Made by a program: the position numbers and the translations under genes. Source: Malacoraja senta (Eukaryota). Taken from it: DNA of 60,000 bases. Shown in pieces: positions 39,195 to 50,325 of this stretch (position 1 is the stretch's first letter; each line of letters opens with the position of its first letter). Under the pieces are notes generated by a model. That model was given only the letters and a program-made list of their open reading frames with translations, made no database searches and was not told the DNA's origin. The stretch lies in the NCBI GenBank assembly GCA_038087875.1, contig CM075990.1, positions 15,936,001 to 15,996,000 on the forward strand. Direction: 5' to 3'.

Positions 39195-39727
39195 AACAGG
39201 TCAAACTTGCTCCATGACTGCAGTTGGAAGGAGAAACAACAATAACCTTTAATATTGTCGAAAGTTACTCGTAGATTGAAGAGCGCCAATAACAGCATGA
39301 ATTGCCGTTGATGATGATTAAATACAACACTAAACTGGCAGAGTGGGGCATTATCATTTTACAAAGAAAGGATTTCATGGCTATTTCAGGATATTTCATG
39401 GATTTTATTCTACTTTACCAATAGCAAGCACGCGAGCTCACTATATTGGAATAAATTAACGTCAGAATAACAAAATTCTGAGGATATTGAGATATTGATA
39501 TTGTACTAAAGTTGAACTATTCTCACAATATATTTATTTGTCTGTAATTCAAATGTCAGAACTCTGGAAGAACATTAAAGAGATTTCTACATGTCCACAA
39601 TGGATTTTGAGTTTAGTAAAACACGATGATAAAAACTGATGAATCAAATTTAAGCTGTTTATTATTTAGATTCTATAATTTTATGAAGGATTTATAGTTT
39701 ATCATTATCAGGCCTACATTAACCTAC

Positions 39728-39862
39728 TCAGTCTGAAGAAGGGTCTTGACCCAAAAAGTTACCTATTCCTTTTCTCCAGAGATGCTTTCTGATCCGCTGA
39801 GTTACTCCAGCTTTTTGTGTCTATCTTCGGTTTAAACCAGCATCTGCAGTTCCTTCCTACAT
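39728..39862 (+). mobile_element. Penelope-derived hammerhead-bearing short element (135 bp)
   Basis: tcagtCTGAAGAagggtcttgacccaaaaagtt...cttcctaca; TSD attaacctac at 39718-39727 and 39863-39872. Confidence 0.8.
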
Positions 39863-39934
39863 ATTAACCTACCAACAGTCATGTTTGCAGAAAAGCCCCC
39901 CCTTTCTCATCCCCCCTACCGTGTTCCAAATGCA

Positions 39935-40315
39935 ACGTAGAAGGTGGTACAGGAGCCTGAAAACCGTAATTCCAGGTTCAGGAACAGCTACTTCCCTACA
40001 GCCATCAGGCTATTAAACACTACAACCTCAAATAACCTCTGAACTACAATGGACTAATATTATTATTATAATACTATTATTGTTTGTTTTTTGTGTGTAC
40101 GTATGTGTGCATGTGTATGTGTATATATACATGTATGTGTGTGTGTGTGTATACCTGTGAGTGTGTAAGTGTATATATACACACACGCTGAACTTTTTTT
40201 TCTTGTTTATTATATTATTTACAGTGTACTATCTTTACATATTCTGTTGTGCTGCAGCAAGTAAGAATTTCATTGTTCTATCTGGGACGTATGACAATAA
40301 AACACTGTTGACTTG
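39935..40315 (+). mobile_element. Rex1/Babar LINE 3' fragment with (TG)n-rich UTR
   Basis: RWYRSLKTVISRFRNSYFPTAIRLLN; tail tgacaataaaacactgttgacttg. Confidence 0.8.
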
Positions 40316-40347
40316 TAAAAATCAATGGTGTCACAGCAGATATTTAC

Positions 40348-40460
40348 CTGTGAAAAACTTGCTGTATTCTTGTTCAATCTTTTGAGCAGCCTCAAACTGT
40401 TCCTTGGAATGTCTTTTTTGTGTACCTTTGTCTCGCAGAAAGATTGGATCCTTTTGTTCT
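40348..40460 (-). CDS. dlg5: DLG5 penultimate coding exon, GK domain
   Basis: cag|A...G|gtaaat; 113 nt; EQKDPIFLRDKGTQKRHSKEQFEAAQKIEQEYSKFFT(G). Confidence 0.96.
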
Positions 40461-40534
40461 CTGTGGATAAAATACCACCATTATATTTTCATTAAACAAT
40501 GACAAAGAACTAAGACATGAATGTTTTCTTTAGC

Positions 40535-41625
40535 CATTGAGCCGTACAGCACAGAAAGGCCCTTCAGCAGACCATTTTGTTCCTCGACTCCAATCCTATT
40601 TGCAACACTAGGACTGTATTCTTCTGTGCCTTGCCCATTTCAGTGTCAATCTAAATACCCCTTAAATGTAGCAAATATATCAGTTTCCATCACCTCCTTT
40701 GGCAATGCAATTCAGATGTCAACCATGCTCTGTGTGGAAAATCTTACCCTTCCAATTCCTTTTGAAACTCATTCATCTCACCTTAACCCCATACCCTCTT
40801 ATTCTAGAGGCGCACACATACTGGGTAAAAGATTATGATAGCTACACCTCTCATCATGCTATATATTCTATTAGCTAATCAGCCTTCATTGCTCCAGAGA
40901 AAACAAGCCCACAAGGCAACTGTGTGGTGAATCTCTTCTGCATTCTCTGCAGCACAACCACAGCCGCCTAGTTTGGCATCAACTAGCACACACAGTGCAG
41001 TCTAACCGGCATTTTTGTAAGGTTGAAACATGATTTCCCAACTTTTGTATTCTATATCCCAACCTTTGAAGACAAGCATGACAAATGTCTTCTTCATCCT
41101 ATTGTTCAGCATGGCATTTTCAAGGAACTATGGACTTGGACCCCAAGGTCTCTCCTTTCATCAATAGTGTGCTTCCATTTATTGTCTATGTCCAAACCAT
41201 ATTTGATTTCCTAAAATGTATTAACTCATACTTGTTGGGATAAAATTCCATCTGCAATGTTTTGATTGACTTTCCATCTGATCACTATCCTGCTGTAGCC
41301 TTAGACAACTTTGTCCGTAATCTAAAACACTACCAATATTCATGTCATCCACAAACTTACCAACTCAGGTCCAAGTCATTAAAAGACGAAAGAACAAGTG
41401 CCCCAAAACCTATCCCTAGAGTATTTCACTGGTTGCAGGTTTACAATTGGAAAAGTGTCCTTCCACATTACCCTCTGACTCACACCACCAAGCCAATTTT
41501 GGGTCCCATTAGTTTGATTGTTTTGGATCCCAACTGCCTTAACTTTCTGGACCAGCCTATGCGGAGGACATGTTAAATGCATTACTAGTGTCCTTTTAGA
41601 TAATGTCTAATGCCTTACCTTCTTG
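40535..41625 (-). mobile_element. old decayed CR1 LINE fragment (RT region to tail)
   Basis: Degenerate homology to the CR1 3' end and RT-region nucleotide motifs. Confidence 0.65.
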
Positions 41626-42248
41626 ATCGAACCTTTTGATAACCTTTGTCATCCCAAATTCCCTAATCTCTGCATCATTGCCACTTCACTCTGACTGGAA
41701 CATGCTTGCCTTGAACCTTTGCTCTTTGACAATACTCACATTTGTCAGATAATATTTTACCCACGAGTATTTGCAACCAATCTATATTCACCAGATTCTT
41801 CCATGTACTTTGGAAATTAGTGCCCCCAGGCCACCAGAAAACTTGACAGCAAAATACTAAAATATTCTTTAAACCACATTGTTATCAACTTATTGCTGCT
41901 GGCAGTTCAATTTTCTCTGCTTTTCAATCACTGTCAATCCATTGCATTAATACGTTGTACCCAATATCACACAGTGTACTGACCATCAAACTACAGACCA
42001 AACCATCTGGAGCTGTGAATTGCATTCTCTGTAAATTGCTTTATGTAAACAAGCACATTACTCCAGCCTTAGGAGGATGTATAAACTTCCCATGTGTTAA
42101 TTTAATTTCTTTTTTAATAGACATTCCACAGGAGCAAATAATCATTGACACAACCTTAAGTATTATTCTCTTTATTCTATGCAAACTTCTTGAATGCTGT
42201 ACTCACAAAATAGCTACTCATTAAGCTTTAAGAATTGCATCTACTCAC

Positions 42249-42358
42249 TTGATTTGCTTTAGGTTTTTGTACCGTATGAAAATGACTATCGGATAGATGT
42301 GAATTCGGTGTAGACGCTCGATGGCATGTGGCGCAATATCAAGCAAGCAGTGGCAGTC
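42249..42358 (-). CDS. dlg5: DLG5 exon, GK domain
   Basis: tag|GAC...AA|gtgagt; 110 nt; DCHCLLDIAPHAIERLHRIHIYPIVIFIRYKNLKQI(K). Confidence 0.97.
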
Positions 42359-43574
42359 CTACAAATATGGTCAAAGGTTAGTTAACAAAAACAGTTACAT
42401 AGAGTCAGTCATTAAACTACAAAGCACAGAGTAACACTATTCAGATCATCTCATCCATGCCGAACAAGCTGCCGAATCGAGCTGGTCCCACTGGCTTGCG
42501 CTGGCCCATATCCCTCCAAAGTTTTCTTCCCAATGTACCCGTCTGAAAATGGTGTAATTCTACCCGCCTCCACCACTTCCCCAGGAAAATAGGTCTATGT
42601 ATGCACCATCTTCTGTGAAAAAGTTGCCTCTCGGGTCTCTTTTAAATCTCCAAACCATCCCCCATCCTCCGCCCCTTCACCCCCTCCCCACCATAAATCT
42701 ATGCCCCCTACTTTCAGGCTCCCCTATCCTGGGAAAAAGGGGAAAAAGACTATGGCTAATAAAAAGGATTATGACAAAATGTAATGCCAACACAGAGATG
42801 AGCTATGGGTCACTCTGAGAGTCTGAGACACAGAGACCCGAACACACCACCTTGTTGACATTTCACTGTATTCATTCAGAATAGAGGTCGTTGGATTTCA
42901 AGATATTAAAGGAATGAAGGGATTTGGGGATAGTGCAGGAAAGTGACATTGAGGTAGAAGATCAGCCATGATCTTGCATTTTGCTTAAATTTCAGAAAAA
43001 CCTGCTCCTTGGGACATATGTCATATACAGACAATGTTGAACTTGAACTCCATGCATAAGTCAAGGTGGTGGTTCTGCATTGTTCTACATTAATGACAAA
43101 TGATGAATAGCAAGATAATAATATCATATCAGAAAGTATAAATAGAGGCCACATAATATATGGAACACTGACACCAAAACTTCAAAGCAAATTACAATGA
43201 CTATTATTGTGTTTTGTCTATCAGGATTCTCTGAATCATAATGGGCTAAATCATAATTTCCAAAAGCAATGGTATAATGAAAAAATAAAAAATAAAAAAA
43301 CATTTTAATGGCTTTCTATATTCTTATGAATGTATTTTTCCCTTTTTAAGGATATGGAGTTGGACTAATTCCATTTGTAATAAAATACACAATTCAAACA
43401 GTTAAATTTACAATTTGGATTGGAAATAAGCTAAATTGCCATGCTGCATATAATATTTTTAGTCAATATCTGATACTAACAATATCTGAATTTAGCGCAT
43501 GACGCACAATACAATATCAATCAGAAACACAAACAAACAAAATGTGGAGATAAATATTGAGAAGAGAGAACCAC

Positions 43575-43702
43575 CTTCTCCGTTATTTCTTTAATGGAGG
43601 CCACAGTTGTGACATCAAAATGTCCACTTCTCCTCTTGTAGTCAATGAAGAGATAGTCTGCTACTCCTCGTTCAATGGCCTGCTGAGAAGCTTTCATAAC
43701 CT
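43575..43702 (-). CDS. dlg5: DLG5 exon, GK domain
   Basis: cag|AG...AAG|gtggtt; 128 nt; VMKASQQAIERGVADYLFIDYKRRSGHFDVTTVASIKEITEK. Confidence 0.97.
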
Positions 43703-44354
43703 CTGAATAGAAAAGGCGAGGAAAAATTAATGCATGGAGCTGCTTGGCCTTCAGACAAAATTTTCATCCAAAACTGCTTATGTTCTCCATTCTATCCAAT
43801 AACTAATTCCTGGAGATATTGGAATAAAAGGAAAATTCATCCTTATGGAATTCACAAATCACACCCAAAAATTCCGGGATTGGGAATAAAAATTCGCTCT
43901 GATGAAATTTATGCAAAAAAAAGGAAATGAATACAAAATTTATATGTTTGCCAAACTTCCAGAATCGGGTAGGGAAAATTAAATACAAATTTAAATGTGC
44001 AAATGACAGAAATTAGAGAAAAAAAACATGATACGGGCAGTTTTCTAGGAATGCAACTCTCCCTGTAACATGGGGGTTGCCTGTACATGAATTTAGAATT
44101 TCCTCCTGTTTATGAAGCTAAGTATCTTACTTGCTCTATAACTTCCATTGATATTTGATGGTGGCAGGACAGGTTTAGAAATAGAAGATATTGTTAATGG
44201 TCGATAATGCACTTACCTGAACATTCACAATTCTTTTCTATAATCTTTTCAAGAAAAAACCCAGTGATTAATTATTCATATTTCAATAAATCTCCCAAAT
44301 AAGCTCAGAGTGACGTCCAAACCTTAACATTAAAAACTATTAAGGTAAACTTAC

Positions 44355-44498
44355 CTAATGGACATCTGCAGAACTTTCCTGGGGAATCTTTGACCAGCGT
44401 GTCCTTCACAGCATCTACCAGTGGGCCCAGGATGAGCACAGGCCTTGGGGAAGTGCATTCTACTTTCTGCACTCTTTGATATGCCAAACTTCCAGAAT
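44355..44498 (-). CDS. dlg5: DLG5 exon, start of guanylate-kinase-like domain
   Basis: tag|AT...G|gtaagt; 144 nt; SGSLAYQRVQKVECTSPRPVLILGPLVDAVKDTLVKDSPGKFCRCPL(E). Confidence 0.97.
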
Positions 44499-45639
44499 CT
44501 AGCAGGGAAAATTAATCACAACATCCACTTAACATCGAAACACAATGTCTGCCAGATAAATCCTTACTGGATTTAGTAAATAAAGCAGAACAGGCTGTTG
44601 AACATCTTGGTAATTAATAAGATAATTATATATAACTGTTTAAAAAGATGAATTTTCCCCTATTTGCAAGATACATTTGCCAGCTATTGCAAATGGCTAC
44701 TCACAGAAACAGACAAGAGATAATTACGAGTTTGGTTAATTGTTAAAGAAATTGTTTAAAAAAATTGCAAAGGAGATGACAAATGTTCTTGTATTTCAGT
44801 GATGTCTATAACGGTGCCTGATTGCATGATGGAGCTGAATTAACATGTACAGTTGAAAGAACAAATTTCAAACACATCGTGGATCACATTTTTTGCTGTT
44901 GTCAATTCATGTTGATTACATGGCTGTCAGTTTCCCCAATGATGTAAAACAGAAATAACTGTGTGAAGATTTTTTTTTATAAGAGTGACTATTCTGAGTT
45001 CTGATTGCATGTGATTTTATACAAGGTGGGAAGCTGCCTCCGAAACCACTGAGAAGTTCACACTGGTACTAACAACAATTGGTAAAATCAGGGTTGACAT
45101 CCGATAACCTGAATCAAATAAGCTATGTATCAGATTAAAAAGCAAGAACTCAAAGGATTTATTTTGATGCTACATATTACACTAGAAAGATAGGTCAGAT
45201 AAATGCATAGCTGAAGAACTGATGCTGGAGGGAGGGCTTGAAACGTTTGAACACTTGACCAAAAAGTAAGAGCCAGTAGGATGCAGAGGAACTTCACCAT
45301 TTTGATCTAAAATTGGTTTGGTGGTAGGAAACAGAGAATAACAACGGGGGCTTTTGTCTTGCAATTGGAAGCCTGCAGTCAGTGGTGTGCTGCAGGGATC
45401 AGTGTTTGGACCCTTGCTGTTTGGTATTGTATGTTGATGATATGGAAAATAGTGCATGAGAGGTGGTGGAGGCAAGTACTCTCACACTATGCAAGTACTA
45501 TTTAGATGGGCATGTCATCAAGATCTTCATAATCTGTACAAACACATATACATTGATTAATTAATGTTCCTGCCATTAGAATTATATGTTTCAAGCTCAG
45601 ACAATTATGCACCAATGCTAGCAAGAAGGTTGATTTAGA

Positions 45640-45942
45640 TTGCAGTGTAGATTAAGGGTGGAACAAGGCCCTTTGGCCTATCAAGCGTGCTGAGACAGCA
45701 ATCCCCGCACACCTATACTATCCTGCACACATTAGGGACAATTTACAGTTATACCAAGCCAATCAACCTACAAACCTATATGCCTTTGGCATGTGGGAAG
45801 AAAGCGAAGATCCCAGAGAAAATCCTCGCAGGTCATGGGGAGAAAATACAAACTCCACACAGACAGAACCCGTGGGCAGGATCGAACCCGGGTCTCTGGC
45901 GCTGTAAGGCAGCAACTGTACCATTGTGTCACCGTGCCACCC
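45640..45942 (-). mobile_element. V-SINE in a dlg5 intron
   Basis: Homology to the other copies. Confidence 0.8.
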
Positions 45943-47174
45943 AGATATGCTGTTAATTTTGTGCTGATACAAGCAGTAGCATTGGGGACCAGTAAAGTTT
46001 CAAACTAATTCTCAGATGTATTAAATGCAAGTACTGTCTCATGGTATTTCAGTGACACCGATTCCAATTTTAATATGTTATAAAACTTGGGTTAAAAATG
46101 ACTTGTAGTTTGCCTTATCTTTGGGATACCCATACAATACCTTGCTGTATTAATTCATAACATTTCAGAAAGCAATTACTGCTGTTACTTTTTCACAATG
46201 CTAATCCTGTGCCAGGAGAGGTTTGTGGATGTACATAACCATGTGTGCATAGAATTCTCACCATAGGAGATAAAAGGTTGCAATCTGCCATATAATTGAC
46301 CATTCAACTGCCCTCCAAATTTTGTTGCAAGCAGATAATAAAGTTAATGTAAACATTGCACCATACATAAAGCACTGAACATTTATTTTCACCAATTCTA
46401 GTCTTGAACCATTTGATCCCACAGAACATTGATAAGTTGAAGTTCAATTTTGGAAATGTAAGTGCTGGAAATCTGGAAAAGATACAAATCTGCTACAACC
46501 AAAATATTAACCGTTCAACATTAAGCAATGGTTTATATTTTTACCATTCACTATTTTTATATCAGATCAGTATGGAATGAATGTCTATTTGCAGTCTGCT
46601 AGCACAAACAGGATTTAATATGAACAAATCTACCTTGCTTTAAAACAGAAATATATGAATTAGACACATAATTAGACCAAGCAGCCCTTCAAGCCAGCTC
46701 TACCCTTTAATAAGATCACAGCTGATCTGATTGTAAACTCAAAACGTTACCCACAGAGATGCTGCCTGACCCGCGGAGTTACTCCAGCACTTTGCGTCTT
46801 TTTTATTTGAATAACAATCTTTTATTTTCTTCTGCCAAATGAACAATTTCGCATTTCTCTACACTTTAATAATGTAGTTGTCTTCACACTTGTCAACCTC
46901 CTTACATTCTTGTCACAACTTCCTATCCTACCTGTGTTTGTGTCACCAGTCCAACAATATTACTTGTTGATTGCTTTCAAACTGCTGGTCAGTGTCAAAC
47001 CCAAATTACCACAGATAGTAAATTGTCCTCCAGTTATTTGGGGAGCTTGACAACCAACAGCTCTCAGAAGCTGAATTTTTTCCAATCATTTTAAATATCT
47101 TTTAAATCCAGCCACTTCATGCTCTTTTAATTTGTTATTGATGAATGATTTCCTACTGAAATTGAACAAAATAC

Positions 47175-47365
47175 CTTCCAACAGAGGGATGGAATCAGTG
47201 CTTATGGCATCGAGCGCCAGCATCTCCTTTCCATCTTTTGAATTGTTCCTTTTATGTTTTTGCTTTCGCCGAAAAAATGATCTTCTGGCTGCTGCTGATA
47301 GAGTCTTAACATTTTCGTCCCTGACCTCAGACATGCTGTGTCTTCTGCAGAATTCCTGGTCCATC
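47175..47365 (-). CDS. dlg5: DLG5 exon, basic HOOK-like region between SH3 and GK
   Basis: cag|G...G|gtatt; 191 nt; MDQEFCRRHSMSEVRDENVKTLSAAARRSFFRRKQKHKRNNSKDGKEMLALDAISTDSIPLLE(D). Confidence 0.96.
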
Positions 47366-47619
47366 CTGGAAGAAATACACAATTAATAGCCTGATTATTA
47401 AAAAAAAAATTAAAAGAACTCTACCTACCAAGCAATAATGATTGCAAAGGCACACAAATGCACTCATTATTTATGTAGTTTAAACAGTATCATGTGGACA
47501 AACAAAGTAGAACGTTTAGGTGACGTTACATGAAGGCTTATGTGTAGATCTGGATACTACCAAGAACTAGTCTGCTGTTTTCAGTCTGCTGTTTTCAGAT
47601 TGAATACAATTCAACTGGC

Positions 47620-48335
47620 TGACGCCGTCTGCGATGGCAGCCTCGCTAACAGTCTGTCTGTCTTTTTGGTTATTTTTAGTGTATTTTAAAAGTATGTGTT
47701 AATGTTCTCTGGTTTGTTTTATGTGGGGGAGGGGGTCGGGGGAAACTTTTTTCAATCTCTTACCTTGCCAGAGATGTGGATCGTATCGTTTTCCGGATCG
47801 TATCTCCGGTCGCTCTGCGGCTGAACATCATGGAGCTGGCGGCCTTGCTCGAGAGTGACTTTGAGCCTCACCGCGGGGCCGTGGACTTACCATCGGAGCT
47901 TGCGATCCCTTGCCTGGGATCGACGTTCCAACCGCGGCCTGCTGATTTCAACATCGAGGAGCTCGCAATCTCGGGTAGAAACTGATGTCGGGAAGCTCCA
48001 AACCACACGAGGTTCGACCAGCTGTGATCCCCCCGATGCGGGAGCTTGATCCCCCCGACACGGAGGGCTCGACTGCCGGCTGCGATAGCCAAGATCGCCC
48101 CAACAACGGAAGGTTCGAGTGGCCCGACCGCGGGAGAACAAAGAAGGGAAGAAGATTGAACTTTTTTTGTCTTCCATCAGTGAGGAATGTGGGGGAGTCG
48201 CTGTGGTGAATGCTCATGTTAAAAATGTATTTGGGTGTCTTGTTGCTCTTTATTGGTATGAATGTATGGCAAATCAAATTCCTCATATGTTGCAAAACAT
48301 ACTTGGCTAATAAATTACTATTATGATTATGATGA
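47620..48335 (+). mobile_element. GC-rich non-autonomous retroelement
   Basis: Homologous to 26278-27097; tail caaattcctcatatgttgcaaaacatacttggctaataaa(tatgat)n. Confidence 0.7.
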
Positions 48336-48761
48336 TTTCTCCTTCCATTTTAGAATTTAATAGATTGAGATTTTCGTGAGAAATGTTGGCAAACCACATT
48401 GAACTCCTGACAAGTTGCTCCTTAAACCTCAGAAATAAGAAGCCTTGTGCACAACTCTGGAATTCCCAAAAGGTGCTTGGCGGCAATTTCCTGACATTAA
48501 ACAGATCACTAAATCCTATGGTGGAGCACCAACATTATACAATGTCACATCAGATGGGTAATCTGTCTACTGAACCTGCGCCAGATTAGACATAGCCAAT
48601 ATTCTGCCAATCCATTTCAATAAAGAGACACACTGATAGCCAGTTAAATCCAGAAAAATAGTATATGGGGCCAACAACGCACTGGGGCCAACAATGCTCA
48701 GTGAATTAATGTTTAAACATTGGCTCTTATTGTATTGAACATAGACACAAAATGCTGGACA

Positions 48762-49052
48762 GGCAAGACCCGGAGCGTGGCCTTGCATCGCCCGGCGTGG
48801 CTTTAATGGCCGCGGGACTTATTTACCATCGCCCGCCAGGGGCTTTGACTTTGACATCGGGAGGAGAATGGGGAGTGCAGGGGAGAGACAAGACTTTGCC
48901 TTCCATCACAGTGAGGAGGAGATTCACTGTGATGGATGTTTGTGTAAATTGTGTTGTGTCTTGGTTCTTTTTACTTGTTTGTATGACTGCAGAAACCAAA
49001 TTTCGTTTGAACATAGGTTCAAATGACAACAAATAAATTGTATCATTGTATC
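48762..49052 (+). mobile_element. 5'-truncated GC-rich retroelement inserted into a PLE-derived unit
   Basis: ccttccatcacagtgaggagg hairpin, 3' stem-loop and tgacaa tail; host PLE halves at 48742-48761 and 49053-49107. Confidence 0.65.
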
Positions 49053-49067
49053 ATCTCTGGAGAGAAG

Positions 49068-49110
49068 GAATGGGTGACGTTTCGGGTCGAGACCCTTCAT
49101 CAGACTCATC
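49068..49110 (-). ncRNA. minimal type I hammerhead ribozyme motif (PLE-derived) with intact core
   Basis: gaugagu-CUGAUGA-a-GGGU(CUCG)ACCC-GAAA-C-GUC-acccauu. Confidence 0.6.
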
Positions 49111-49496
49111 TTTGAAGACGACTTGGGACAATGTTCTGAAACTTATGACCTATTCACAGTTTAACCTGGATGCACGTGTCGCCCACCTGTTGACACTACT
49201 TCTTATAACCCCAAATCATGTACCTTTAAAAAAAGGAATATAACCTTTCCTTCTCAGAAAATTCCACTGGAACTAAACCCAGCTTGATTTTGAGAAATGC
49301 TTAGATTAGTTTCATGCTCAAACCAGAAGGGAACAAACCCGCAATATTCTGACTTAAAAGCCCAAGAGTTACCCGTGTGCAATGCTTACTGTAAAATATC
49401 TGTGGCAAAATGCAGCAGCTTTCTCATTCATCACATTCAGTGAGCTTTTTATAAATATGTTTATCCAGACCACCATTTCATCATCCATATGCTTAC

Positions 49497-49667
49497 ATGT
49501 ATTTGCTGGGGATGTGCCCTCTTTCAAGTTTCTGAGCATTTTCATCCAATTGCCAGGTCATCCAGTAACCAAAATTTCCTTGTGGCAGAGTGTCATCAAC
49601 ATAAAGAATATCATCCTTCTTAAAACTTAGATCGTGTTCTACTTCTGCAACTCGATCGTAAAGTGCT
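49497..49667 (-). CDS. dlg5: DLG5 exon, SH3 domain
   Basis: tag|A...AT|gtaagc; 171 nt; ALYDRVAEVEHDLSFKKDDILYVDDTLPQGNFGYWMTWQLDENAQKLERGHIPSKY(M). Confidence 0.97.
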
Positions 49668-50176
49668 CTAGGAGATGAGGCGGAGGAAAAACCAATGAAA
49701 CCCGAACAAATGCAGAGTTCCTCAAATTAATGAACAATTCAATGAAAAATAATCTTCATGCATTCAAACCAAAGTTATACAATGCTCTAAAAGCATCAGA
49801 TGGCTAAATATCGAGTTAGTGCCATGTAACATCAACATTCATGTCTTTTAGAAAAAAAACATATATATTTCAGTAAGGCATAGTACCTAAAAAACCACAA
49901 AAAAATACCTAAAGATAATACTAATTTTTCTCAACATTAAAGGTGGTGACATTAAATACTGTTCTCTGAAACAACATTATGCCATATGCTTGTAATATGC
50001 ATCACTGGTATTTATGGTGTTAAGTTCTGCTGATGACCCACCATTCATTTCGCTGTATGTCGACCCTGTTAAGTTATTGATCTCAGTGCTGTATTTTGTT
50101 CACTGTCCCCAGATACTACACAACCTAAAGTTCACATCCACTGAGTTGGACTTTAAACGACCACTTCAAAGGGTAC

Positions 50177-50325
50177 CTGATATAGAATCCGTCTCCAGCT
50201 TCATCCCTGATCCTGTTGAATTCCTCTATCTTATACTGAGCCTTCACAGAGATCGACTCTGTGGGCTTCAACATTTCAACATAGGCCTGCTCTGCCGTTA
50301 CATTTCGCATATCAACACCATTGTA
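50177..50325 (-). CDS. dlg5: DLG5 exon, C-half of PDZ4 and start of SH3
   Basis: cag|TAC...AG|gtacc; 149 nt; YNGVDMRNVTAEQAYVEMLKPTESISVKAQYKIEEFNRIRDEAGDGFYI(R). Confidence 0.96.

Noticed and set aside
44420..44445. Missing P-loop in the GK domain as a sign of pseudogenisation
   Set aside because: MAGUK GK domains, including DLG5, are catalytically inactive, and the reading frame is intact across all 12 exons.
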